Under the pieces are notes generated by a model that was not told where the DNA came from, did not search any database, and saw nothing but the letters and a program-made list of their open reading frames with translations. Positions 11,708 through 24,681 of a DNA stretch of 64,000 nucleotides are shown here, one piece after another. The stretch spans positions 1,277,433-1,341,432 of the forward strand of contig NW_005434673.1 of the NCBI RefSeq assembly GCF_000315625.1, written 5' to 3'. Position 1 is the stretch's first letter, and each line of letters begins with the position of its first letter. A program made the position numbers and the translations under genes. This stretch comes from Guillardia theta CCMP2712. Its lineage: Eukaryota > Protista > Cryptophyta.

Positions 11708-13058
11708 GGAGGAGAGGATGATGATGATGATGATGATGAGGAGGAGGAGGAGGACTTGAAGAGTGGAAGAGAGAGATTTCAAGAGAAGGAGATGCAGGTA
11801 GTGCGAATAATGGAAGCGAAAGGGAGCAGATCGAGGAAGAGGAGATTAAGTGGAGAGAGGAGGAAAAGTGAGAGGAAACGTACTGACAGCTGTCAAGGAG
11901 GACTTGGTCGATGTCGTCTTCGTTGCTGCGGGAGGGTGAGAACGAATCGTCGCTCTTCCTACCAACTTTGCGTTTCAGGTATCACTCCCTTGCAATCGAG
12001 AGGAATGGGCATGCCACGTCATGGGGGCGAGGAGGTGAAGGGCAGCTGGGGTCGGGAACGAGGTACTCGACCAGTCGTCCGTCCCCTATGGTCAGCACCA
12101 ACCTTGTTGCTACATGTCCCCTGACGATGTTCAAGTTCGCGTCCAATGAGGGCGGGGCTCGACAGGGTACTGCTGCAGGAGACGAGGAGGAGGAAGCGAC
12201 TGACGTTCAGGCTGCAGGACTTTACGGCTGCAAGCTCAAGATGATCGCAGCAGGGGACTGGCACACGGTGAGGAAGATGGAAGTGGGAGAGGAGTAGAGG
12301 GAGAGGAGTAGAGAGAGAATGAGGAGTGAGAGGGAGAGGAGGACAGAGGACTTAAACCAAAATTGCAGGTGGCCGTGACAATCACTGGTGAAGTTTTCAC
12401 TTGCGGTCGTGGACTGGAGGGTCAGCTCGGGCATGAAGGCGTCAACTTCTTGCTTGTCCCTACTCGCATTCTCCTCAACAATGTCAAAATCGTGCAGGTT
12501 GTCTTGACTTCAGTCGATCGACTACTTTCCTCCTCTTGACTCTCCTGCTTCTCCCTGAACATCTCAGGCAGCAGCAGGTCGAGAGCACAGCCTCCTCCTC
12601 GACGACAAGGGCAAAGTGTGGGTGTGCGGCAGCAACGAGAGAGGACAGCTCGGAACCGGTGTGCGTTGACTCCTCCCAAGGAGACTGACGGCTTCCAGGT
12701 CTTGACGGAGGCTCCAGCATCCCTTGCATCCTCGAGCCTCTCCGCTCTTCCAACATCGCGAGCATCTTTGCCGGGCCCGCAACGTCAGCAGCGGTGGACG
12801 AGCAGGGGGCTGTGTTCGCCTGGGGCTCCAGTAAGTCTCCCCGCAGCAAGTGATTAGGTGACCAGGGTGCTTGCAGACAGCAGCGGCATGTTGGGGCTGG
12901 GAGACAGCGAGGACAGGAGGACTCCCTGTGCTATCACGAGCCTAGGAGGGCTACAGGTCACTCCTCCATCTCCCTCCTCCATGTGATCACTTCGTCTCTA
13001 GGTGGTGGACCTGGCTGTCGGTGCGCAGCATATGCTGGCACTGACAAGGTGGAAGTAG
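6931..13058 (+). CDS. Large multi-exon protein: caspase-like (probably inactive) N-terminus + ~5 Fn3-associated/CHB_HEX_C-like repeats + RCC1 repeat propeller
   Basis: Repeats of the type TPGAKIFFSSDGSIP, FKITYTLNGDSP, ASIFFTLDDSDP, TPGAILHYTRDGQEP; then RCC1 repeats VMAWGSGSGGRLG, VFAGRSHNLLL, AAAGERHSLLL, SWGRGGEGQLG, IAAGDWHTVAV, VWVCGSNERGQLG, LAVGAQHMLAL, TAG at 13056-13058. Start codon and single-gene joining are less certain. Confidence 0.7.
9559..9943. repeat. (CCCTCGT)55 heptamer tandem array inside an intron
   Basis: 385 nt of apparently perfect 7-mer just after the donor ag|gtgatac. Confidence 0.95.
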
Positions 13059-13157
13059 CCGACACTCTCAGTTCTAGTAAGTTCACAACACAAGATCTCC
13101 ACACAGCCAGCAGCTACACGCTAACACTGCTGCCTCTGGTCTTGCCATGCGCGTCTC

Positions 13158-13866
13158 TCACCGCCAGAGGTTCGCCAGCACGGGGGCAGTCTCAATGAGC
13201 TCGATAGGCGAGGAATGCGAGCCCTTCATCTGCTTGAACGCAGGGTACTCGGAGGAGGAAGTGGTGTCGAACGCGAAGAACCCATCCTCAGGCACTCCAA
13301 GTTGTGCGTCAGGGTAGAACTCGGGCATGGAAGGCTTGCCAATGTCGTCCCAGGGCTGGATCAGCGTGTAGTAGTGCGCTGGCTCCTTGGGGCCATCGGG
13401 GAAGCCTTGAGCCTGAATGGTGAGGTACTTGCCCATGTCATGAGGGTCGTCGTCCGACTTGTCAACAACGACAGGATCTGAGATAAAGTCAGGTGGAGCT
13501 AGAATGAAGCACATTCACCCACATCCTGTTACTATGTCCCATGGACCCTTCCTCCACAGGTCATCCTTTCCGCTGCAAGCGCACACTACTCGCTGATCCG
13601 GGTTGTATGTCGAAAATCCGGTGCACCGACAGCGTCCAACAAAGTCATCCTTGCTGACTGTGGACCAGCCGCCATACAGCGCTTGGCGCCCGCGGGGAAC
13701 CGCGGCCGACAACATTTCATACTCGCTGGTTCGCTTGTTCAATGTCACGATAGTAAGAACTGCAGCAAGCAACAGTGCGACCTGCGTACTTCTGTCAGAG
13801 ACAACTCATAGCATCTAGTGACCTCTTGAGGAACACTCCTCTTCTTTCCCCTCTTTCCCAACTCAT
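13158..13866 (-). CDS. Small orphan type II membrane/secreted protein (3 exons)
   Basis: Spliced MSWERGERRGVFLKRSTQVALLLAAVLTIVTL (hydrophobic anchor), Cys pairs CRC...CAC, and an acidic Pro-rich C-terminal exon; no family recognised. Confidence 0.6.
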
Positions 13867-14431
13867 CCTTCCAACATCACAGTTGGTTTTCCTGCGCATC
13901 GTCCTTCATATCTCCTCCGCTAATCATATCGAAGATCAATCGCTTGCTTGCGGAACCATGCTCTCTGCCCTTTCGTCCATGGCACCAACTCTCTCCTCCA
14001 CAGTCTCCTGTCCCTCCTTCCTCCTCCTCCTCGCCCTTACCGCTGCAGCAGTCGCTGCCGTGGCCCTGTGCATTGCCGCGCCTCTTCGTATCTTTGGAAA
14101 CGGTCTTGAATAACGTATTTGAAACGGTTCATAACGAGTTTATTGATTTTGGCGGGAAGGGCAGAATGGCGCGAAGGCAATTGAAGACATGGGGGAGGGA
14201 GGAATGGGGAGGGAGGAAGGCAGCAAGAGAAGAACGAGGACGACGATGAGGAGAGAAGTGAGTTGACGAGAGGAGGAAGAGAGGAAGAGAGGAAGAGGAA
14301 GAGAGAGAAACCAACACGCGCAGACGTTTTGACAAGAGAATGAACAAAACAAGAGTTAGCTTTTTTAAATATTGCGATGCGGTTTCAGAAATGTCGTTTG
14401 ATCCTGAACAAACAGACTGAAGACCGGCAGC

Positions 14432-17400
14432 ATGGACGTCGACGAGCTGTCCATGGTTGAGATGGCGTCGGATACAAACTTTCTCTCCTCATCTTCGTCT
14501 CCTGGGAGCAGGAAAAGAGCTGTCCCAGAGAGTGATGCTGCCACAAAAAGGCCATGTCTGTCTGGAGTCGAGCCTCAAGGTCTTCAGATTCGAGACTCGA
14601 AGGGCAACGTTCACGTCTTTAGAGAACGAATCAGCGTAATAGTCCAGCCACCCGTTGCTGATGCCTGTCTGACACCTTCGTCAGGCACAGAGCGAAGACA
14701 TGACCAACACCACCCTGTTACAAACGAACATCTTGAACCTTGCAGCAGAGCTAGCTCTTGAGAAATCAAGAAGGCCACTCCAAGAAGTCTCTCAACGCAA
14801 TCGGTGAGCTCTACTGTACGCTAGTAACAGCTCATCGAAAGTTGCAGCCCTGCTGAGAATGTGCAAGATGGCAAACTATGGGTCGACAAATACAGACCCA
14901 GAAGTTTCCTGCAACTCTTGAGCGATGAGGTACGTTGCAGGTCTTCACAGACGGAATGTGATGGAGATGATGATAGAAAACCAATCGATCTGTTCTCCAA
15001 TGGCTCAAGGAATGGGATCCATCTGTGTTTGGGAAGAATGCGAAGGGTCCGCAAAGGCCGAATCCCATGAGCAAGGTGATGACAGTGCTATATGATTGGA
15101 TAATCCGTCTAGCTAATTGGAACTCAGATTCTCTTGCTGCATGGGCCCCCTGGTACCGGCAAGACTACCCTGGCCCATGTGCTTGCAAAGCATGCAGGAT
15201 ATTTTCCTGCTGAGATCAACGCGAGGTATGAGAATCACTCGTCCTTTGACAAATCTATTCAAATGCTCTGCCAACAGTGACGAGAGAACTGCATCTGCAC
15301 TCAAGATCCGTAATACACAGTTTTTGTGTGTTTGATGTGGTCTGATGATACCATTTCAGGCCTGGAGGCGCTCGCGGAGATGAGAGGCTCCTTTACGGGA
15401 GGCCGACCGAATTGTATTATACTTGATGAAGTGGATGGAATCGGTGGCAATGAAGGCCAGGTCGACAATCAGTGAGACGTTCTCAGACATGACGTTTCCC
15501 ACAGGCTTTAGCGGATATTCTCTTGAAGATGTGTCGCGAATCTGGGAAGGACTCACAAGAAGACACAGTACTCGATCAAGACATGAACGACAAAACCTAA
15601 ATATATGGCAGGAAAATGATCACCCAGGAGATCGAACCGATAAGAATGCAAAATCTGGGCAAAAGAAAAGAAAACACGTGTCTGTAAATCGTCCAATCAT
15701 TTGCATCTGCAATGACGTGTATGTCAATCTCCTCCTCGTTAATTTTTCGAATGATGTTGTATGTAGCTATGCTTCATCGCTCAGAGCGGTCAAAAAGATC
15801 GCTCACATTGTGCGCTTTGCTCCCCCCGAGGAACAGAGAATGATTTCAAGGCTGCAGACAATTTGTATGTCATTATCTTTGTTGGCTCGTGAAACATCTG
15901 AAATCTGTCAGGTCGAGCTGAGCAATTCAGCATTGACCGACAGGCTCTGAGTATGGTGTACGAAATGCATAATGGCGATATAAGATCATGTTTGAATGCG
16001 CTTCAGGTGACATGGTACATCGAAATCATATCGAGCTGACCCATATTCTCAGATGCTTTCTCGCGACGGTGGACACGTGGATGTAGCAAAGCTACGAACC
16101 GTTGGAGATTGCGTGCGGGTAGAATGAAGCAACTATCTTCGATCTATTCAAGGACTACTACGCAGGATTGCAACATGAGTAGCGGACTATTTGATGTCTG
16201 GAATGCTACTTTCAAGCTTGCAGCAAAGCAGGACCAGAAGCAAGGGGGTAATTATGTCGAGATCCGAACGAAGCAAGATAACAATTTTTCCGTAGTCAAG
16301 CACATGGATTTGCATAAGTTGCTGAATTTTCATTCTTCCAGCATGACGACTATTTTACTGGGTCTCTTTTGCCTATTCCACTTCCTGGTTTGCATTCCAA
16401 TTTGATTTTTGGGCAATAGGATGCCAACACAATTTCCCAAAAGTGAAATATACCGATCCAAGAATGCTCAAGGTCAGTAATATCTCTTGTTCAAGTCATC
16501 AGTTATAACGTGCATGCATACAGACTAGCGCTTGCTTGGAGTCTTTGGGGGATGCAGATGTCATGCACAGCTACATCAACCAACATCAATCATACTCGTT
16601 GAGCCCGTACCTCAAGATTCCTTGTCTCAAATTCCACCATCTTTGTGCCGCTCCGCAATGGCCTTCTATCGAATATCCACGAGCTGCCTCTGAGGTTTGT
16701 TGTCGTTCTTCCATCTCACGAAGTAAAACGGACTGGTGTACAACAGGTTATCCAAAGGCAGAAACAAAATATGAACGTAACTCAACATGTACTGACATCT
16801 ATGAATCCATTGCTACGAAGATACGTTGATCGTTACATACTTGCCATCGACTTGATACCGGAGTTGAATGTGATTTTGCAGCCGGACATCAAAGTGGTAA
16901 GTGTTATGAGGGGATGATTCAAAGTTTTGAACCAATGCAGACAAATATGCACCTCATGAGCGCAGAGCACCGGCAACGCATTCAAGATCACGTCTCTATC
17001 ATGCTCACCTTTGGCTTGCGATACCGTCCACAGACTCAAGATAACGGCAAGGCAGAATTGGCCATGCAACCGTAAGAGAAGTATTACATGTTTACGCTGA
17101 CTCACGAGGATTGGTAGGCCCATTGAGGACTTAGTGAAAAACTTAAGCAAGAACTATCAGAATGCCCTCAAGCACGAACTTATGACTCACATCGAGCAGC
17201 TGGTTGAATCTACTTGCTGTCACTTTTCATGTTGATGGGAGTCCCTTGTAGGTTGAGATCGCAGCGCTCAAGAAGCGAGAGGAAAGAAATCCAAAGCAGG
17301 AGGGCGAGGAGAAACAAGTGGTAACGACAGAACCCTAGGAGATTGCGAGGGTGTGATTCAATTTACTTCAGAGCATCCCTGCAAATTTTACGACACCTCC

Positions 17401-17662
17401 TACGATAAAGAATAAGACGAAAGTCTTCGGGAATGGTACTGTGACAAGCCTTTGAAGTGTTTGGTGACAGTCAATTGCAGCCGGATGGGCTTCGCTCTCT
17501 CAACATGCAGCAAGCAAGAGTCATCTCGCCTGCTCCAACAGTGATTCCAACGTCTTGCTGTCCATGGCTGACCTGTTTCCAGCACATCCCGTTAAGTACA
17601 AGTTCACCGAAGGAATGACCAACGCGATCAAGCGCCCTGTGTTCCTCCGAGATCTTCTCTAG
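14432..17662 (+). CDS. CTF18: Chromosome transmission fidelity protein 18 (alternative RFC clamp-loader large subunit), many short introns
   Basis: LWVDKYRPRSFLQLLSDE, LQWLKEWD, Walker A GPPGTGKTTLAHVLAKHAGY, EINASDER, RPNCIILDEVDG, RPIICICND, C-terminal YKFTEGMTNAIKRPVFLRDLL*. Confidence 0.92.
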
Positions 17663-17663
17663 T

Positions 17664-19848
17664 TCACTTAAGGGCCCCAGGCGCAAGCACACTCCACAAG
17701 GCCTTGACAAGAACCTCTGTGTATGCTTGTGAATCTGGAACAAAACCATTTTCAAGATGCATGGAATGCAGCTCGTGAAGTTTTTCGTTGTCGTCCTCAA
17801 TCTCGATGTTCGCATTGCATGCCATGGCCTCCAACAAGATGGTTTCTCCTGAACCCTCGCTCGTCATCGGAAAGTAGACAACACGACTGCTGCGGTACAA
17901 CTCTCTCCTTCTGGTCGCGTTGGGCATCCGCTCTACACGCACTCCCGCAGCCCGAAGCTCTTCCTCGATAACAGGAGAACTTCTGTCCACGTACCTCCCA
18001 GCAAAGAGCCTAACGCCCTCCTTGTCTATCAACAACTCAGGTCGACTCGAGGAGGTAAAGTCGCCGATCACAACATAATCCAAAGCAGGCGCCTCCGCCT
18101 TTCGGCCCTCTAGCTGAAGGAGGCGAGGGTCGATACCTTTGGCTTGAAACACGTTGAGTGATGGGAAGTCTTGCTTCAACATCCTCTCTTGCCATGGCGA
18201 GTCGCACACGAACACGCCATACACCGCCGCAGCCTCTTCGTCCGGAGTGCAGTGCGGCCCGTGTAGAATGATGCCGAAAGTGGCTAGCTGGACTCCCTTC
18301 TCAGCTCTGCGGGGGTTGATCCGCTCGTTGTATTGGCGGATGAAGTAATCCGCCTTCCCTGAGAAGTCTCCCCAGCCGAGGATGAAGTGGAATGTGTCCT
18401 TCAAGCGAAAGTCTATCTCGGGCTGATCTTCCAGGTTCATGTACCCGATGTTGAGCAGGATCATGTGGAAATGCCGGCGGAGAAGCCGAAGCGTCTCCTT
18501 GAGCCCGTCAGACCAGTTCGCCTCATCCTCGGGCGCCATGTCGTAGAGGAAGATGACCTCCGGCTTGTACCCGAACCGAGGGGCCATGGCGACCTGAAGC
18601 TGCTTGCGGTCGTCATCGGACAGGGTGCGCTTCGGGAGGAACGACCAGTCGACATCGACGACAACACCGTCCCTTGTCACGAGATGGGACTGGACGAAGC
18701 TGTGCTCCAACTCTCTCACTCGAGCCAGGCTGAACTCGTTCGGAGCCTCTAAGGGATACTCGTCGAACTCCATCAAGTCCTTCATCGCCCTCCATCGATG
18801 GAAGTTGGTGTCTCGTTCAAAACGAGCCCACGTCTCGTCCTCACTGAACTCATGATGATTGATCAGGATGACAGGAGTCTTCAGGTCGTTCCAGGCCTTG
18901 CCGATGTCCGAGGGGTTTTCCTTCATCCTCTGGCCCATGATCACAGCTCTATCCTTGACATTCGCCTCCTGTGAATCGTCTCCTACATCCAGCGCCTCGT
19001 CCAGCCCGTTGAGCTTCGCGTACAGCTCCCAGGAGGCCGTGCAAGCCGCACACTCGAACCACTCAGTGGGTATGAACTCGTCCTTGCCGATGTTGGACCA
19101 GATGTCTGCCGTCATAGTGTTGTTCCATGACTGAACCTCCCAGCCCTCAGCGATGGGGTCGACAGTGACGGGAGGGTCGAAGATAGTTAGAGTCTGCAGC
19201 AGCAGGGTCACGGTCAGGAAAGGAGACGACGAGTTTCACCGAGTGGTCATTCATCAAGCTGTGATGCAGTCGACCCGGAGGAGGAGCGACTCTCCTCTCG
19301 GGGTAGGACAAGAGTACATCCCTCTTATGCTCCTTGAAGAACTTGACTGTCCTCTCCACGAACTGAGCTGGGAGCCAGACGTTGTCCTGAACGACAGAGA
19401 CGAAAGGAGCGCGAGAGAGGACCAGACCTGCCCAGCCTCATCACTCATCTAACATCTCTCTCACGATCTCACCCGTGTTGATGGCGTTGCACTGACCGAA
19501 GCGCTTGCCTCGAGTCTTGGGCTTGCTCTGTACGATGGCTCTCAGAGGAACTCGAAGGTTCTCGGCGTACTTGGCTGCTTCGTGATGCCTCTCCTTGTTG
19601 AGATCGTCGACGATGATAAGTTCGAAGTCTCGGCGAGACTGTTGTGCCAGACATTCCAAGAGGACGTCGAATCCTCCTGGTCTGCAAGCGAGTAGGTGAG
19701 GAGCAGGTGAAAGAGGTAAGACGTACCTCTTGGTGATGAAGATGATGGACAGAGGAGGCGGATCAGTGGTACATGTCTCCTTGGTTTCTGCTAAGGTCAG
19801 GCAGACTAGAAGCAGGAAGCTACACTCGGCTACAAAACGATGCTTCAT
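17664..19848 (-). CDS. Signal-peptide-bearing two-domain glycosyltransferase (GT2-like GT-A + GT4-like GT-B)
   Basis: MKHRFVAECSFLLLVCLTLA leader; LSIIFITKRPGGFDVLLECLAQQSRRDFELIIVDD, GQCNAINTG, NGLDEALDVGDDSQE (GT2-like); LYRSSRVVYFPMTSEGSGETILLEAMACNA (GT4-like). Confidence 0.8.
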
Positions 19849-20150
19849 CTGCCTAAGCAGAATAAGGGAACCAGGAGAGAAAGAGGGGAGGGAGGGCAGG
19901 AAGGGATGGAGGGCAGGAAAGTTAGATGGATGGAGGTATGGATGGATGAAGAGAGGTAGGGAGAACGCGAGAGAAGCGGGAGGGAGGGACGGAGGGCAGG
20001 AAGGGAGGGAGAGAGGGACGGACGGACGGAGTGGACGGACGGAGGGAGGGAGGGAGGGAGAGAGGGAAAAGGGGGGCGAGGGGGGAAGATGTCAGATCGC
20101 AAGGGTTTTTAACGCTGGTCTTTCATTGACTAAACTTTTCGCCTTCGCCC

Positions 20151-23100
20151 ATGGCGGCGCGGGGGCGGCTGGACACAGCCGCTCGTCAGTTTGCTGGAGA
20201 TGCGAAGACAGCGACGCTGTCAGACAAGTGGCATGCAGACAGCAATCCCTTCCAAGGCCTCGGTGAACCTCCTCCTCCTCTCCTTCCTCGCCTCCTCCTG
20301 CTTCCACCCTCCCTTCCTATTTCCTAGCCTTGCTACCTCCCTTCTTCCATCCCCAGCTTGCCCCTGTCCTGCTGTTGAGAGTTTCAGTAGACCCTGTTCA
20401 TCTCGCACTCTCCCGCCTCCGACGTCGCAACTATGACAAGTGCATTGATGTCGCAACCGAGCTCCTGGGAAGGCACGGCGTTGACCAGCAGGTCGGGGAG
20501 TTTGAAATTCGTTTGCCATCGTGACGATAGCAAGCAGGTGTGGTGGATCAAATGTCGAGCCCTGACCAACAAGAATGGCATTGTCGACACAGAGTTCGAT
20601 GAAGAAGGTCTTGCCGAGCTTCTCCTCGATGAGAATGCTACAGCTCAGGTCCCGCGTCCTGGCACTTCACTCAGTCGGTACTTCCCAGCCTTCTCCTCCA
20701 ACTCTCAGCTCACCTTGTCGCAGCCCCCAGTCCTCTACAGTGTCTGGGCCTTCACCTGCCGTCAGACCCATGACCAACAACGGTCGTCCTCTCTCCGGCT
20801 TCTCTCGTCCGGGCTCAGGCTTGACCAAGCCCGGCACCGGCATGTCACTTGAGCGAGCCATGACGTCGAGGTCAGCCAGCTGCCGCGTGTCTCTCGCTGA
20901 CGTCTGAGCAGCCGCGTCGGCACTGCCATGACGAGGCCCGTCACTACCTCCGGTCGCTTCGTGCGCCTCGGAACCGCCTCCCTCCAGGTGCTCCTACCTC
21001 CCCGCCCCTCCCACTTCCTTTCCCTTGCCCTCCTCCCCTCCGATTCCCTCCTCCTCCTGCCTCCCTTCCCCTCACCTCCTCCCCCCCCCTCCCCCTCCTC
21101 CTCCTCCTCGCCCTCCCCCTCCCCCTCCTCCTCCTCCTCCTCCTCCTCCTACCCCTCCTCCTCCTTCATCCCCCCTTCCCCCTTTCCTCGGCCCCAGTGC
21201 TGACGAGACTTCAGTCCGAGCCTGGCGGCGCCTTCGTCAACCTGGAGAAGCTCAACATGCAGAAATACGCGGAGAGACCTTCACTCGCCAAGGTACGAGA
21301 GAACGAGGAGGAGGGGCGGGGAAGGGAGGGAGAGGGAGAAGGAGAGGGAGAAGGAGGAGAGTAGGAAGGGGAGAGCTGGACAGGGAGAGGGAGGAGGAGG
21401 AGCAGAGTAAGTGGAGAGGAGGAGAGGACGATAATCTGCTAACCTGGATGCCGCAGGCCTTGTGCGACTACATGCTCAGCGTTGAGCACAACCCTAGGAA
21501 GGCAGTCGAGCTGGGAGCAGGTGAGGTCGACTGCCCAGCACGCCGCGAGCTGACGACGTGCCGCTATTCAGCTGCTACCTCAGCTGTGAACTTCGCGGAC
21601 TGGTGGTGGAAGGTGGGACGAGAGGAGGAGTGTTTGAGGTGAAGTTGCTGCAGATGAAGCTGGGACGAGGATATTACCAACTGGGTTTGCTTCGAGAGGC
21701 AGAGCTCCAGGTTGTGTAACTCTTTTTCCTCCTGCTCCTCCTGCTCCCCTTTCTCCTGCTTCTCCAGCTGTTGCACCTGATGTTCGTCCTGCTTCTCTTT
21801 CTTCTGCTCCTCCTCTTCCTCCTGCTCTTTCTGCAGTTTCTGCTTCCACCCATCCCAGTCGACTTCCTCACTTTCCGCTTGCATGCTGATTGCCTGCCAA
21901 TGATGTCCATGGACAACAATGAATTGCTTTATTAGTATCTTTCTTCTTTGAAGCTCCAAGAGATGGTTTGCACCTACCTTCAGGTGTCTCTCTCTCTTGA
22001 TTTTTCCTCCTCCTCCCTTCTCCCTCTCCTTCCCCCTTTGTCCCATCTTCCCTCTCCTCTTCTCCCCTCCCCCCCCCTCAACACTTCTCTTCTCACTCAT
22101 TCTTTTGCATCAGCTTGCCAACGTCTATCTTCGGCTTGACCAACCTCGCAATGCACTCGACGTTTACAAGCAGTCAGTTCCTTTCTTTCTTCTTCTCCTC
22201 CTCCTCCTCCTCCTCCTCCTCCTCCTCCTCCACACACCTTTCATCTCGAGCCCCTCTGCCCCCCCCCACATATTTTTNNNNNNNNNNNNNNNNNNNNNNN
22301 NNNNNNNNNNNNNNNNNNNNNNNNNNNNNNNNNNNNNNNNNNNNNNNNNNNNNNNNNNNNNNNNNNNNNNNNNNNNNCGACCAGGTACTCATCTCCTCCT
22401 CCTCTTCCACCGCTACATTGTCCTGCCCTTCTCTTGCCACCTCTGCCTCCCGCCCTCTGCCCCCTGGCCTCTTTTCCCCTGCCCCCTGGATCCTCCCATT
22501 ACTTTCCCTTCGTCCGTTTCTCTCTCTCTCTCCTCCCCTCTCCCTGCCCGTTCCATTCTTCCTTCTCCTTTCCTCCGTCTTCTCCTGACTCTCTTCCTCT
22601 CCCTCGTTGGCCGATTTCTTCTGCTCTGACATTGGTGCTAGCCGGAAGTTGCTTTGCGATACTACCGCCGGCTGCTCCAGATGGGGGTAATGGGAGTGAA
22701 GAGAAGGAGAGACGGAAGGGAGGGAAGGGAGGAGGAGGAGGGGGAGAAGGGGAGGGAGGGGGATGAGGAGAGGAAAGAATGTGAGTGACGGAGAGGACAG
22801 GTCAGCTCCTCGGCTCTCTGGAACAATTTGGGACTCTGCTGCTTCTACGCAGGGCTGTACGACATGAGCCTGACATGCTTTGAGCAAGCTTTGATCTCTG
22901 CTGAGGACGACACCCTTGTAAGTACAGAGGAGAGGAGGAGGAGGAGGGGCGGGGGATGCAGAGCAAAAAGATCAGGAGGAGGCAGGGGAGTGAGGGAGAA
23001 GGCAGAAGCAGAAGAGGGGGATATAATGAGAGGCAGAAGGAGGGAGGAATGACGGTGGGCAAGGGGTAGGGGGAAGAGGAGGGGAGTTGGACGAACTCTA

Positions 23101-23872
23101 GGGGCGGGGCACGGGGATGGGCGAACTCACTAGAGGTGGCAGGGGGATATTTGGTACAACATCTCGCATATAGCTATCGGCATCGGAGATCTTGGACTTG
23201 CTTATCAGGTGAAACATCTCTTGTCCTCCCCTCCCCTCCACTTCTCTCCTCTCCTCCCCTCTGCTCCTCTTCTCTCCTCTCCCCTCCTCTCCTTCTTTGC
23301 CCCACTCTTCCCCCGCGCCTCTACCCCTCTCCTCTCCTCCCCTCTCCTCCTCTCCTCTCCTCTCCTCTGCTCTGCTCTCCTCTCTCCCCCTCTCCTTCTC
23401 CGCCCCCCTCCCCCTCCTGTTTCTGTCTCTTTAGCTTCATTCGTGACTTTTCTGCAGACTCTCAAGGTCGCTGTAGCTGCCGACCCGAACCATGCAGAGG
23501 CGACGGTACGAGGAGAGGAGAGAAGGAGGAGAGAGACATAAGAGGAGGAGACGAGCAGAGGAATTGATAAGGAAAGAGGAGGAGGGAGAATTTCGGGAAT
23601 CGGAAGCGTATGTAAGGAAGAGATGTAACGAGCTGCTTGCAGAACAATCTCGCCATCCTCGAACTGCGCAAGGGCAATGTGGAGCTGGCAAGAAGGTGCT
23701 GGAGAGGATGGCGGAAGGGGAGGATATGAAGGCAGGAGGAGGAGGATGGGGAAGGAGGAGGGGAGGGGAGGAGGCACTAATTCTGGTTGCAGTGGGTTCA
23801 AGGAGGCAGGCAAGCAGGGGCCTCACGCCTTCGAGGTACGTCGAGGGGGGTGGAGGTTGCTGGGGGATGTAG

Positions 23873-23940
<68 letters not shown>

Positions 23941-24466
23941 ATGGAAACATAAACATCGGAGAAGGGCGAGAGGAAGGACAGCAGGACGAGAAGTAGACGC
24001 AGGGGCAGGAGAGGGAGAGGGAGACGGAGACGGAGACGGAGCAGGAGCAGGAGCAGGAGCAGGAAGGAGCAGAAAAAGCAGGAGAAGGAAGAGGAAGGAA
24101 TAACTGGTACTAAAGTCACTGCAGCCTCCCTTCAACTCTGCCCTTCTGGCCTACAAGCTGGGAGATGCCCAGGTAAGGAGCAGCTGCTGGCAGCTGGAGG
24201 TCTGCTGAAAGAGCTGCAGGAGAGCTTTCAGCTGGTACAACAAGCCTTGCTCTGCTACCCCGACCACGTGGAGTCCAAGGAGCTACTAGAGCAGGTTCTG
24301 GCTACCCTCATCCTCCTCTTTCTCTTCCTTCTTTCTCTTCCACCCTCCATCCTCCTCCTCCTAGTCACTCCCTCCGTCCTCTTCAACCTCCCCACCTGCA
24401 TCCTCTCGCTCTCCTCCTGCTCCTGCTCCTCCTGCTCCTGCTCCTCCTCCTTGGTCTTCGTCCTCC

Positions 24467-24498
<32 letters not shown>

Positions 24499-24681
24499 CT
24501 CCTCCTCCTCCTCCCCTCTGTCCTCCCTCCCTTCTCCCTTCTCTGACCTTATCACCTCCTCTACTCGCCTTTCCTCCTCTGCCTTCATCCTTTCGTCGTC
24601 TCCTCGCTTTCCTTTCCCCTCTACCACACTCACTTCACTTCCACTGATACTGGACCGTAGCTGAAGCAGAAGTTCAACTAA
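20151..24681 (+). CDS. TTC8: BBSome TPR subunit BBS8/TTC8 (multi-exon, spans an N gap)
   Basis: WWIKCRALT, EEGLAELLLDENATAQVPRPGTSL, RPMTNNGRPLSGFSRP, RPVTTSGRFVRLGTASL, DWWWK, LANVYLRLDQP, WNNLGLCCFYAGLYDMSLTCFEQAL, DIWYNISHIAIGIGDLGLAYQ, YPDHVESKELLEQLKQKFN*. Confidence 0.93.
22278..22377. other. Assembly gap (100 N)
   Basis: Run of n inside a CT-rich BBS8 intron; may hide exons. Confidence 0.99.
23872..23940. repeat. (GAGCAG)n hexamer in BBS8 intron
   Basis: gagcag repeated about 11 times; the same unit occurs near 24040-24063 and 44057-44117. Confidence 0.85.
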
